From NCBI GenBank assembly GCA_938083135.1, contig CALLKY010000002.1, positions 16,097-80,096 on the forward strand: a stretch of DNA of 64,000 bases. The letters run 5' to 3'. Below the pieces are notes generated by a model that saw nothing but the letters and a program-made list of their open reading frames with translations, searched no databases and was not told the DNA's origin. The position numbers and the translations under genes are program-made. Below, in pieces: positions 9,661 through 18,906 of this stretch (position 1 is the stretch's first letter; each line of letters begins with the position of its first letter). Source of the DNA: an uncultured Alphaproteobacteria bacterium (GTDB lineage Bacteria; Pseudomonadota; Alphaproteobacteria; Bin95).

Positions 9661-10427
9661 TTCGCCATCCAACCGCCATCCACCATCAAGTTTTCGCCGG
9701 TGATGTAGCTGGCTTCGTCGCTTGCAAGAAAAAGAGCGGCGTTTGCGACATCGCTTGGCTTCCCAAGGCGTGGCCAAGGTGTGCGGGCATGAGAATATTC
9801 TATTGCTTTGGGAGCGATGGGCGCGCCGGTTTTGCCAGTTAGAATTTTGCCCGGAGCAACGGCGTTGCAGACGATGCCATGTTCTGCATAGTCGCCTGCG
9901 ATCTGCTTCGTCATGTAGACGACAGCTGATTTGCCAACACCATAAGCAAAGGCGTTTGGCGCACGGACCATGCCGTGCTGCGAAGACAGATTGACGATCC
10001 GGCCGCGAACTTCGTTCCTGATATCCTGCGTCAACATTTGTTGAACAGCGGCGCGGCATCCAAGAAACACGCCTTTCGCATTCACGCCGACGACGCGGTC
10101 CCAATCTTCCTCAGTCGTCTCATGCATAGGCTTCGGGCAGCGGGCGGCTGCATTGTTGACCATGATGTCCAATCTGCCAGCAATCGAGATTGCTTCAGCA
10201 ACGGCGGCCTCAAGGTCTGCTGATTGCATCACGTCACATTCGCGGAACGTCGCTTTGCCGCCCGCTTCGAGAATGGCGTCTACAGTTTTGGCACCGCCTT
10301 CCAGCGGATTATCAATTATGTCCGCCACGATGACATGCGCGCCTTCAGCCGCAAATCCCATGGCGATGGCTTTGCCAATGCCGGAGGCACCGCCGGTGAC
10401 GATAGCTGTTCGGTCTTGAAGCCGCAT
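9657..10427 (-). CDS. SDR-family oxidoreductase
   Basis: TGGASGIGKAIA and YGVGK motifs. Convergent with the previous SDR, 4-nt overlap. Confidence 0.85.
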   Translation of the reverse strand: MRLQDRTAIVTGGASGIGKAIAMGFAAEGAHVIVADIIDNPLEGGAKTVDAILEAGGKATFRECDVMQSADLEAAVAEAISIAGRLDIMVNNAAARCPKPMHETTEEDWDRVVGVNAKGVFLGCRAAVQQMLTQDIRNEVRGRIVNLSSQHGMVRAPNAFAYGVGKSAVVYMTKQIAGDYAEHGIVCNAVAPGKILTGKTGAPIAPKAIEYSHARTPWPRLGKPSDVANAALFLASDEASYITGENLMVDGGWMAN

Positions 10428-10555
10428 GGTGATTGCCCGCCCATAGATTCATTCCATCAAGATTACAGCATATGTGGGCGCACATGGCATTGCTTGCCTC
10501 AAAAGATGCATTGGGGTCCAATACAGGAAGGAAATTTTGATGAAGGTGCTGATCG

Positions 10556-11380
10556 ATGAATGATGTTGGGTTGAGCGTTGAGACGCGGTCTGTTGCGGCG
10601 CAGGTTCGCTACGTCAATGCGGAGTGGAAGGGGCGGGAGGACATTCCTCGGATCGGCTCCAAGGAAACGCGCCGGGCCAATACCTCCAATCAGGATATCC
10701 GCGTCCATGATGTTCGTGCGGCCCATGCGGCTGGCCTGAAGTCGCTTGATCGCAATGGCTATACGCTGGCGAAGCTGACCCCGGGCGTTCCGGACTTCCG
10801 TGACGAAGCCAGTGTTGAGAAGCTCTACTACCCGCAGATTCAAGACCTGCTGAAGCGCGAAACCGGCGCTGACCACGCATTCGTTTATGGCCATCTGGTG
10901 CGCACCGAAAAGCCGATTGATTTCAATGATGGTTACGCCCGCTTTGTCCATTGCGACTACAACATCAAGCGCCTGACAGAGATGTCTGAGGATGTGCTGA
11001 CAAAGCATGGTGTCGAGCCTAAGGCCAACTGGACCTATGCATGGTTCAATACTTGGCAGCCGTTTGACAATGTCGCGGCGCATAACCCGCTTGCGTTCAT
11101 CGATTGGGAATCGCTGCCGGAAGACGATGTGATCGACTATTTCTACACGGGTCGGAACCGGGACAGCCTCGTTGCCGCGCCCGTCTACAATCCAGATCAC
11201 AAGTGGTGCTTCTTTCCGAACATGACGCCGGAAGAGATCCTGGTATTTAAGCAGATGGATGGCCGATCCGACCGCTCGGTTTATTGCCCGCACACATCCT
11301 TCGACAACAAGGATGCACCAGCAGACGCACCACCCCGTCGCAGCATAGAAATGCGCATGCTCGCCGTGTTTGAGGATTGA
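10556..11380 (+). CDS. Hypothetical protein, possible CmcJ/NvfI/AsaB-like non-heme Fe(II) oxygenase
   Basis: 274 aa with protein-like composition. The opposite-strand 264-aa ORF is Arg/Leu-rich antisense noise. Candidate HxD facial triad at ARFVHCDYN plus a downstream His (YCPHTSFD). Confidence 0.55.
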   Translation: MNDVGLSVETRSVAAQVRYVNAEWKGREDIPRIGSKETRRANTSNQDIRVHDVRAAHAAGLKSLDRNGYTLAKLTPGVPDFRDEASVEKLYYPQIQDLLKRETGADHAFVYGHLVRTEKPIDFNDGYARFVHCDYNIKRLTEMSEDVLTKHGVEPKANWTYAWFNTWQPFDNVAAHNPLAFIDWESLPEDDVIDYFYTGRNRDSLVAAPVYNPDHKWCFFPNMTPEEILVFKQMDGRSDRSVYCPHTSFDNKDAPADAPPRRSIEMRMLAVFED

Positions 11381-12225
11381 TGATGAACCAAGCGCGGAAG
11401 CCCGTCGCCGTTGTCATTGGTGCCACATCCAAATGGCAGTCTGATGGCCGCAATACGAAGCTCGCCCATGGTGATGTGCTGGATGATTCGGACCTGCCAG
11501 TTGGCATTCGCTGGGGCATTGGCGGTGCGGTGGCGCAGAAGTTTGCAGCAGAAGGCTTTTTCACAGTCCTGACGACGCGGACTGCCAGCAACGCTTCAGC
11601 GCTTGAGACGGCGATCAAAGACCAAGGCGGCGATTGCATGACCGTCGAGCTCGACCTGTCGTCGGCAGACTCGATATCGGCAGCGTTTGCCACCATCAGG
11701 GACGTCGCTGGTGATCCAGAAGTGCTGGTTTACAACGCCGGATATCTAGAAGGCCGTGACTTACCGCCAGAAATGGAGTTGCTGGAATACATCCCGGTTG
11801 AGATGTTTGACACGGCTCAGCACATCGCAAGCCGTGGTCCATTCCTGGTGGCCAAAGAAGTATTGCCGGCGATGCGGAAAAAGGGGCAGGGGTCTTTCCT
11901 AATCTCCAACAATTCAAGTTCGCTTCGGGGGCGTAAGCGCATGACCGGCCAGTCGCTGTATTACCCACGGGTGATGATGCGGACGCTGGCCCAGGTTCTG
12001 ACGGAAGAATATTCAGAACACGGCGTTCACGTTGCGAACATCGTGATCGACGGCTTGATTGATTCCCCTGGCACCCGCGCCTTGCCGAAGGCCCAGGAAG
12101 CGCCAGAGATCGTCATGAATCCGGTGAAGATTGCAGAGGCTTTCTATTACCTCCACACGCAGGATCGGTCTGTATGGACCCATGAACTGCAAATGACACC
12201 CTATTCGACCAAGCCCAGCTATTAG
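11380..12225 (+). CDS. Atypical SDR/NAD(P)-binding Rossmann-fold oxidoreductase
   Basis: VVIGATSKW...GIGGAVAQKFA nucleotide-binding region. Start is coupled to the upstream stop (TGATGATG). Confidence 0.65.
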   Translation: MMNQARKPVAVVIGATSKWQSDGRNTKLAHGDVLDDSDLPVGIRWGIGGAVAQKFAAEGFFTVLTTRTASNASALETAIKDQGGDCMTVELDLSSADSISAAFATIRDVAGDPEVLVYNAGYLEGRDLPPEMELLEYIPVEMFDTAQHIASRGPFLVAKEVLPAMRKKGQGSFLISNNSSSLRGRKRMTGQSLYYPRVMMRTLAQVLTEEYSEHGVHVANIVIDGLIDSPGTRALPKAQEAPEIVMNPVKIAEAFYYLHTQDRSVWTHELQMTPYSTKPSY

Positions 12226-12232
12226 GGTTTCT

Positions 12233-12380
12233 CTGCTTCCGCAGGCTTCCCCCCTTGCCCTGATCCCCTCTCCCCCCGATGGGGGGCGAGGGGATCCTTA
12301 CGAAATCTGCTGCCTCTCTTTCTTTTAGAACCCTCTCCCCCCACAGGGGGAGAGGGCAGGGTGAGGGGGAAGCCTGCGGG
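12233..12380. repeat. Nested palindromic intergenic element (REP/RIME-like) between convergent genes
   Basis: Outer inverted repeat CCGCAGGCTTCCCCCCTTGCCCTG (12238-12262) / CAGGGTGAGGGGGAAGCCTGCGG (12356-12379). Two internal hairpins: CCCCTCTCCCCCC-GATG-GGGGGCGAGGGG (12265-12293) and CCCTCTCCCCCC-ACA-GGGGGAGAGGG (12332-12356). Confidence 0.6.
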
Positions 12381-12397
12381 CTCAAAGACTGCGGCAC

Positions 12398-13099
12398 TTA
12401 ACGCGGCAAGCTTTCCACCAACCATTTCACGTAGGTTTCGATAGAAAACACAGGTAGGCCAGTGGCTTCAGCGATAGCCTTCTTGTAAGGCGGCATGTTT
12501 GTGCATTCCAGCAGAATGGCCCCAAGGTGCGGATGGGCCGCTTGGAAAGCACGCGCTGCAGCGGCAAGGTCAGCCTCTGCTTGATCAACATCCAGCGTCA
12601 GCGCATTGCCCAGAATCGCGCGCTGAAATTCACAGCCGTCTGCAATACCTGCAACCGGTGTGCCTTCAGGAACGCCCGCTGCCTGCAAATGCGCCTCCGT
12701 TAAGGTCGCCGCTGAAATCGTGAGAATGCCGACGCGGCGGCCCGGCGGCAGCACAGCTTGGATCGCGGCTGCCTGCATTAACGCCGAGGTTGCGACGGGC
12801 ACGCCGAGCGCTGTTGATAGTTCAGCCTGGAATTTGGCTAGAAAGCCGCAATTCGTCGTGATGATCCGGCAGCCTTCAGCAACCAGTTCGCGCCCTGCCT
12901 CGATGAACGCATCTAACGTGCCTTCTGCGCCTTGCAAAACGACCACTTCAGGCGAGGCACCGCGTACGATTTTGTAGCGGACTGGGAAAGGCCACGTCCG
13001 AGCATTGCCCATGTCGCCCAAAATGCGCGGGAATTGAGCGTCCAGCATAAGAATGCCAAGATCAATGCCGTAGATCGGTTGCCCGCCTGTCGCGATCAT
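12398..13099 (-). CDS. Asp/Glu/hydantoin racemase-family protein (maleate isomerase / arylmalonate decarboxylase-like)
   Basis: 233 aa with a GFLAKF-type motif and conserved Cys (ITTNCGFL). 4-nt overlap with the upstream Mo-hydroxylase gene. Confidence 0.75.
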   Translation of the reverse strand: MIATGGQPIYGIDLGILMLDAQFPRILGDMGNARTWPFPVRYKIVRGASPEVVVLQGAEGTLDAFIEAGRELVAEGCRIITTNCGFLAKFQAELSTALGVPVATSALMQAAAIQAVLPPGRRVGILTISAATLTEAHLQAAGVPEGTPVAGIADGCEFQRAILGNALTLDVDQAEADLAAAARAFQAAHPHLGAILLECTNMPPYKKAIAEATGLPVFSIETYVKWLVESLPR

Positions 13100-15459
13100 G
13101 CTGGTTTACCTGTCTTTGCGGCTTGAATGGTTTGCCAGACGCGTTCGGGCGTCGTCGGCATTTCAACGTGCTTCACGCCGTAATCCGAAAGCGCATCCAC
13201 AATGGCGTTGACGACCAAACCAAGTGCCGGTGTCGTGCCGCCTTCGCCGCCCGGCCGCACACCATGGGGATGGGATGTGGATGGGACTTCAGAGATAATC
13301 GTGTGCATTGGCGGAACGGTATCGGCGCGGGGCATGGCATAGTCCATGAATGATCCAGACAGCAATTGCGCACTTTCCGGCTCGTAATGAATGCTTTCCA
13401 GCAGCGCCTGTCCAAGGCCTTGGGCAATGGCACCATGGGCTTGGCCATGCAGGATCAATGGATTGATCGCGCGCCCAACATCGTCAACGCCAGTCCAGGA
13501 CAAAATAGCTGCGTGGCCGGTTTCCGGGTCAACTTCGACTTCGCAGACATGGGTGCCATATGGAAACCCGCCATCTCGGTTCGTGATGTCGCCAATGCCT
13601 TCGAAATGGCCGGAAAGTGCGGAGGGCAGGCTGTTCAGCGTGGCTGCCGCCTCCGCCGCTTCAAATAACGTCACCGCAGCACCATTGGGTCCTCTAAATA
13701 CGCCTGATGCATAGGCGACATCTTCAACAGGTGCCTGCATCAAATGCGCTGCAATCTCGCTCCCTTTGGCGAGTAGGTCCTTAATTGCATGATCGATGGC
13801 GATGCTGACCAGCCGCATAGATCTACCAGAATGCGACCCGCCGCCAACAGAAACGCGGTTCGTATCATTATCGATATAGCGGATGATGTCGAACGGCACG
13901 TCCAGCCACTCACTTAGAACTTGTGCGTAACTGGTCTCATGTCCTTGGCCGCTACTCATGGTGCCGGCGACCAATTCAATCGTGCCGTCGATGCAGATAC
14001 GGATTTCGGCGCGCTCACGCGGGATGCCGCTGGTCACTTCAATGTAGTTTGCGACAGCTATGCCTCGGCAAAGGCCGCGCTTGGCGCTTTCTGCTTTGCG
14101 GGCGCTGAACCTGGCCCAATCAGCAGCCTCGAGCGCTTGATCCATCGCATCCGTATAGTCACCGCTGTCATAGGTGACGCCGACTGCGGTGGTGAACGGC
14201 ATGGCGTCTGCCGCTATCAGATTACGACGGCGCAGCTCCGCACGATCAAAGCCACATTGGTTTGCCGCCAAATCGATCAGCCGCTCAATCACGTAAATCG
14301 CCTCAGGTCGCCCGGCGCTTCGATAAACGGCGGTTGGTGCGGTATTGGTGAATACGGCGTGGCCGTCGAAATGGAGTGCCGGAATGTCGTAGACGCTTTG
14401 CATCAGCGATAGCCCTTTGCGCAACGGCCAATAGTACGCGAGGTATGCGCCGAGGTTCGACGTATTCACGCCCCGCAGGCCTAAGAACTTGCCTTCTGCG
14501 TCCAACGCTAATTCCGCTGTAACGGCTAGGTCGCGGCCCTGATAGTCGCTGAGGAAGCACTCGCTTCGGCTGGCGATCCACTTGACCGGGCGGCCCACGC
14601 GTTTTGCGGCCCATGGAATGAGCAACGCTTCTGGGAAGAAGGCATTTCGGGTGCCAAAGTTCCCGCCCATATCGCCGAAGACAGCGCGGGCATTTTCCAA
14701 CGGTACGCCGAGCATATGGGCCATGCGCTCCCGTGTTTGAACAGCGCCACGCCCGGACCCGGTTCGAACGGTGTAAAAATCCCGCCCCGCATCATACTCG
14801 CCGACCACCGCACGCGGCTCCATAGGGGCGCCGGTGATACGGTTGACCCAGGTGTCGAACTTGACGACATGTGGAGCGTTCTTAAAGGCTGCATCTGTGG
14901 CCGCTTTGTCTCCCACCTCGCAGGTGAGGGAGAGGTTGCCAGCACAGGCATCCCAAACTTGCGGCGCATCCGGTTTCCGGGCCGCCCGGGCGTCTGTGAC
15001 TGCGGGGAGCGGCGTGTAGTCGACGCTAACCAATTCCGCTGCATCCATTGCAAGCGTTTGTGTTTCAGCAATGACAATCGCGACTGGCTCACCGACAAAG
15101 CGAACGCGGTGGTGCGGTAAGGCGTGATGCTCGGGGGAGTAGGTCTCGAACCCGTCTGGGAGCCGTAATACGGCATCTGGTCCGCCAGCATATTCGGCAT
15201 TGTGTGGGATTGGTTTCAGTCCGTCTTCGGTCGCGTCAGCGCCCGTCAAAACAGCATATACGCCTTCGAGTGCCAGGGCATCCGCCGCGTCTATGCCGTT
15301 GATGTCCGCATGGGCATAGGGGGAGCGCACGATGGCGGCGTGTGTCATGCCGTCTGGGAATACATCTGCTGTATACAGTCCGCGTCCAGTTGTCAGCCGT
15401 GCGTCTTCGGTCCGTTGGACCGGGGCGCCAATGCCTGTGGCCCGTTTTGCGCTCGTCAT
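13096..15459 (-). CDS. Xanthine dehydrogenase/aldehyde oxidase/CO-dehydrogenase-family molybdopterin-binding large subunit
   Basis: 787 aa. N-terminal a/b hammerhead (GIGAPVQRTEDARLTTGRGLYTADV) and a long Mo-pterin domain. Confidence 0.85.
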   Translation of the reverse strand: MTSAKRATGIGAPVQRTEDARLTTGRGLYTADVFPDGMTHAAIVRSPYAHADINGIDAADALALEGVYAVLTGADATEDGLKPIPHNAEYAGGPDAVLRLPDGFETYSPEHHALPHHRVRFVGEPVAIVIAETQTLAMDAAELVSVDYTPLPAVTDARAARKPDAPQVWDACAGNLSLTCEVGDKAATDAAFKNAPHVVKFDTWVNRITGAPMEPRAVVGEYDAGRDFYTVRTGSGRGAVQTRERMAHMLGVPLENARAVFGDMGGNFGTRNAFFPEALLIPWAAKRVGRPVKWIASRSECFLSDYQGRDLAVTAELALDAEGKFLGLRGVNTSNLGAYLAYYWPLRKGLSLMQSVYDIPALHFDGHAVFTNTAPTAVYRSAGRPEAIYVIERLIDLAANQCGFDRAELRRRNLIAADAMPFTTAVGVTYDSGDYTDAMDQALEAADWARFSARKAESAKRGLCRGIAVANYIEVTSGIPRERAEIRICIDGTIELVAGTMSSGQGHETSYAQVLSEWLDVPFDIIRYIDNDTNRVSVGGGSHSGRSMRLVSIAIDHAIKDLLAKGSEIAAHLMQAPVEDVAYASGVFRGPNGAAVTLFEAAEAAATLNSLPSALSGHFEGIGDITNRDGGFPYGTHVCEVEVDPETGHAAILSWTGVDDVGRAINPLILHGQAHGAIAQGLGQALLESIHYEPESAQLLSGSFMDYAMPRADTVPPMHTIISEVPSTSHPHGVRPGGEGGTTPALGLVVNAIVDALSDYGVKHVEMPTTPERVWQTIQAAKTGKPA

Positions 15460-17075
15460 GCGGCGGATTCCATCTTTATTCCACGTATGAGGTCCGCCCC
15501 TTTTTCCGCAATTGCGATTGTGGAGGCGAAGGTGTTGGCAGAGGGGAGCATGGGCATGATTGAAGCGTCAATCACCCGCAATCCTTCAGCACCGATAACC
15601 CGCAATTCATCGTCAACGACAGACCGGGCATCATCCTTGCGCCCCATGCGGCAGGTTCCAACCAAGTGATAGCCCGTATTGCCGCGTCGCTTGGCGAAAT
15701 CAAGCAGTTCGTCATCGCTATCGATATTCATACCGGGCAAGGTTTCGCTGTGGAAATACCCAGCAAGCTCCGGCGTCCCTAGCAATTTTCTGGATAAACG
15801 CAGGCCCGCAAGCGTGATGCGCTGGTCTTCTTCTGCTGCCAGAAAGTTCGGTTGCACGGCGGGCGCTTCCGCCGGATTGGTTGTCCGGGCGCGGACATAG
15901 CCGGTGCTAACCGGGCGGGGCTGTGCCGCGCCGCAGGTCATGCCCGGATAGTCGTCTAGAACATACACTTTGCCATCCTGATAACTGCCTGGCGTGAATA
16001 GAATTCTAAGGTCGCTTTCTTCCAGGCTCGGATGCGATTTTCCGTGGACAAATGCGATGGTCGGGCAGAGCGCCAGCACGCTTGGCCGTTTCAGCATCCA
16101 CTTCGCGATCTCTATGGGTAGGCGCGGCCAGCGGGCGTATTCATTGATAGTCTTGACGTCCTTAGCCCGCGCCGTCATGCGGACGGAATAGTGATCCCGC
16201 AGGTTCTCACCCACACCTTCAAGTACAATCTTCACGGGCGCGCCAATGTCCCGCAACAGTGCGGCCGGGCCAATGCCAGATATCTGTAGCAGTTTGGCGG
16301 AATTGACTGTTCCGGCGCTCAGAATGACTTCGCGCCGCGCCCTAACAGTGCGGCCCGTCCCGCTGCCGTCACGATATTGAATGCCAGTGGCGCGCCGCCC
16401 ATCCATCTCAATTGCTGTTGCTTGGGCGCGTGTGCGGAGTTCAACGTTCTGGCGGTGGAGTGCCGGTTTTAAGAACGCGTCGGCAGCACTAACCCGTTTG
16501 CCGTTGTGGATGTAGCGTTGGAAATAGCCCGCACCGTATTGTGTTCCGGCGTTGTAGTCAGCGATGCGGGGAATGCCTAAGCCTTCAGCGCCCTTCAGAA
16601 AAGCCTCGGCGACCGGATTGAACCAGTCGATATCAGTGATGGGTAGTTCGCCCGTACGCCCTCGAAATGCGTCATTGCCATCACCAATGCGCCGTTCAGA
16701 ACGTTTGAAATAGGGCAGTAGGTCATCAAAACCCCAGCCGCGATTGCCCATCTGTGCCCAGGTGTCGAAATCGGCCCGTTGGCCACGGTTATAGACCATG
16801 CCGTTGATCGAACTGGAGCCGCCAAGGACGCGGCCTTGGGGTAACGCCACTGTCCGCCCGTCCAGCGAGGCCGCCGGTTCGCTGACAAAAGGCCATACAA
16901 ACCGGTCGCCATAGAGCGTTTTTACAAACCCAGCCGGAATTTTGATGAATGGGTGCCGGTCACTGCCACCGGCTTCCAAAATGCATACGGTCGCTTTGCC
17001 GTCCGCACTCAATCGGTTCGCCAAGACGCATCCGGCAGGGCCAGCACCAGCGATGACGTAGTCGAATTCATCCAT
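15456..17075 (-). CDS. GMC-family FAD oxidoreductase (choline/alcohol dehydrogenase-like)
   Basis: MDEFDYVIAGAGPAGCVLANRLS ADP-binding motif and GMC signatures. ATG at 17075 has a GGAGAC SD. Upstream in-frame ATGs (17090, 17216) lack one. Confidence 0.85.
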   Translation of the reverse strand: MDEFDYVIAGAGPAGCVLANRLSADGKATVCILEAGGSDRHPFIKIPAGFVKTLYGDRFVWPFVSEPAASLDGRTVALPQGRVLGGSSSINGMVYNRGQRADFDTWAQMGNRGWGFDDLLPYFKRSERRIGDGNDAFRGRTGELPITDIDWFNPVAEAFLKGAEGLGIPRIADYNAGTQYGAGYFQRYIHNGKRVSAADAFLKPALHRQNVELRTRAQATAIEMDGRRATGIQYRDGSGTGRTVRARREVILSAGTVNSAKLLQISGIGPAALLRDIGAPVKIVLEGVGENLRDHYSVRMTARAKDVKTINEYARWPRLPIEIAKWMLKRPSVLALCPTIAFVHGKSHPSLEESDLRILFTPGSYQDGKVYVLDDYPGMTCGAAQPRPVSTGYVRARTTNPAEAPAVQPNFLAAEEDQRITLAGLRLSRKLLGTPELAGYFHSETLPGMNIDSDDELLDFAKRRGNTGYHLVGTCRMGRKDDARSVVDDELRVIGAEGLRVIDASIMPMLPSANTFASTIAIAEKGADLIRGIKMESAA

Positions 17076-17219
17076 GGGCGGAGTCTCCATGCGCCGACAG
17101 TAATCCATTGAGTGTAGGCGAGGGTGCGCCTTGTGCGGAAGCATGGCGATATTCCAACACACATGCGAGCGTCCTATGATATCGCCAGCAATCGAATGTG
17201 CTGAGGCAGGAGCCATCCC

Positions 17220-18899
17220 ATGACCGATAAAACAGAGACTGATTTTGAAGTGATTGTGATTGGGGCCGGCGTTGCTGGCATCTATCAGATCAAGCGATTG
17301 GTGGACCTTGGCGTTTCGGCGACCGTGCTGGAAGCCGCACCCGACTTGGGCGGCACTTGGTATAATAACCGCTATCCGGGGGCGCGGTTTGATTCCGAAA
17401 GCTATACCTACGGCTATTCCTTCTCCAAGGAAGTCCTGGCGGAATGGAACTGGCGGGAGATGTTTTCGCCCCAGCCGGATAACCTGGAATATCTGAACTT
17501 CGTTGCGGATAAATTCAGCCTACGCGACCATATGCAGTTCAATTGCCGGGTTGATGCCGCCGTATTCGACGAGAGTGCGAATATCTGGCGGCTTACGGTA
17601 AATGACGGTCGTACGCTGACTTGCAGCTTTGTGGTTATGGCGCTTGGGCTGCTATCGATGCCCACATATCCAAAGATTGAAGGCAGGGCGGATTTCAAAG
17701 GCCAATCGTTCCACACATTCGACTGGCCCCATGATCCGCCGGACCTGTCTGATAAGCGGGTCGCCATTATCGGAACCGGTGCGACAGCCATTCAGGTGAT
17801 CGGAGAGATAGCGGACAAGGTTGGTGATTTGACGGTATTTCAGCGCCGCCCGAATTGGAGTGCGCCGCTGAATAACAGTAAGATCACTGACAGCGACATG
17901 GCGCGCATCCGTGCCCGTTATGACGAAATCTTCGAGACGTGCGCCCGCACACCGGGTGGCTTTGAGCATGAGCCGGACCGCCGCGGCTTCCATGAGGTTT
18001 CGAGGGAAGAGCGATTGTCGCTTTGGGACCGGCTCTATGATGAGCCCGGCTTTGGCATCTGGCTGCAGAACTTCCGTGAAATCTTTACCGATGATGATGC
18101 CAACGCAGAGATATCTGACTATATCGCGGACCGCATTCGCCAGCGCGTGCATGATCCCGAAACGGCTGAAACCCTGATCCCGAAAGACCACGGTTTCGGG
18201 GTTCAGCGGGTTCCGCTCGAGACAAACTACTTTGAGGCTTACAACCGGGACAACGTGCATCTCGTCGACATCAGCAAGACACCGCTGGAGTGCGTGACAG
18301 AAACTGGCCTGCGCACGACTGAACAAGACTATGCGTTCGATGTGATTGTCTATGCCACAGGTTTTGACGCGATCACGGGCGCTTATGACCATGTGGACAT
18401 TCAAGGCGTCGGCGGTGAGCGGCTGCGGGATAAATGGCGGGAAGGGCCATCAACATTCCTCGGCGTGTTTATTCATGGGTTCCCGAACCTTTTGATGCCG
18501 AACGGTCCGCAGAGTGGTTCTGCTTCAACCAACTATCCGCGCGGAATTGAGGTTGGCGTCGATTGGGTGACAGATTTTCTGGAACACGCCTGGGCCAATG
18601 GCATCACGCGCGCTGAGGCGACGGAACCTGCGGAGGCCAGGTGGACGCAGCATGTGACAGATATGTATTCCCGCATGTTGATGCGGAAGGCAAAGTCCTG
18701 GTTCACAGGCTACAATTCCAATGTGGAAGGCCACGAGGAAGGCAGCATCCGCTACTTCGTCTACAATGGCGGCATGCCGAAATATGTCTCGGTGATCAAT
18801 GAAGTTGCGGCGAACGGGTACGAGGGCTTGACCCTTTCCGGCCCTGGCGCGCCTGGTGACCCGAGCGGTGGAGCCGGTGACCGGCGGTCCGCTGGCTGA
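17220..18899 (+). CDS. Type I Baeyer-Villiger (flavin-containing) monooxygenase
   Basis: Two Rossmann motifs (GAGVAG, GTGATA). BVMO fingerprint FKGQSFHTFDWP (FxGxxxHxxxWP). C-terminal ANGYEGL. Confidence 0.9.
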   Translation: MTDKTETDFEVIVIGAGVAGIYQIKRLVDLGVSATVLEAAPDLGGTWYNNRYPGARFDSESYTYGYSFSKEVLAEWNWREMFSPQPDNLEYLNFVADKFSLRDHMQFNCRVDAAVFDESANIWRLTVNDGRTLTCSFVVMALGLLSMPTYPKIEGRADFKGQSFHTFDWPHDPPDLSDKRVAIIGTGATAIQVIGEIADKVGDLTVFQRRPNWSAPLNNSKITDSDMARIRARYDEIFETCARTPGGFEHEPDRRGFHEVSREERLSLWDRLYDEPGFGIWLQNFREIFTDDDANAEISDYIADRIRQRVHDPETAETLIPKDHGFGVQRVPLETNYFEAYNRDNVHLVDISKTPLECVTETGLRTTEQDYAFDVIVYATGFDAITGAYDHVDIQGVGGERLRDKWREGPSTFLGVFIHGFPNLLMPNGPQSGSASTNYPRGIEVGVDWVTDFLEHAWANGITRAEATEPAEARWTQHVTDMYSRMLMRKAKSWFTGYNSNVEGHEEGSIRYFVYNGGMPKYVSVINEVAANGYEGLTLSGPGAPGDPSGGAGDRRSAG

Positions 18900-18906
18900 G
18901 CCGTCG

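Noticed and set aside
10499-11293. 264-aa minus-strand ORF antisense to the CmcJ-like gene
   Set aside because: Arg/Leu-rich composition typical of antisense frames in high-GC DNA. The plus-strand frame has balanced, protein-like composition (W, Y, F, D, E, K) and operon-consistent coupling to the downstream SDR.
12113-12425. Two minus-strand ORFs (94 aa and 67 aa) over the intergenic region
   Set aside because: They lie entirely within the nested palindromic repeat element. Their translations are Pro/Gly runs generated by C/G tracts.
17076-17216. N-terminal 47-aa extension of the GMC oxidoreductase (track start at 17216)
   Set aside because: The extension has no Shine-Dalgarno, and the ADP-binding motif would sit unusually far from the N-terminus. 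The ATG at 17075 has a GGAGAC SD and gives the canonical MDEFDYVIAGAG start. The freed spacer is better interpreted as the divergent promoter region shared with the BVMO.
17652-18404. 250-aa minus-strand ORF inside the BVMO gene, and similar antisense ORFs inside the Mo-hydroxylase gene (14526-15200) and SDR genes (9592-10104)
   Set aside because: Each is fully embedded antisense to a strongly supported gene and has no family resemblance.
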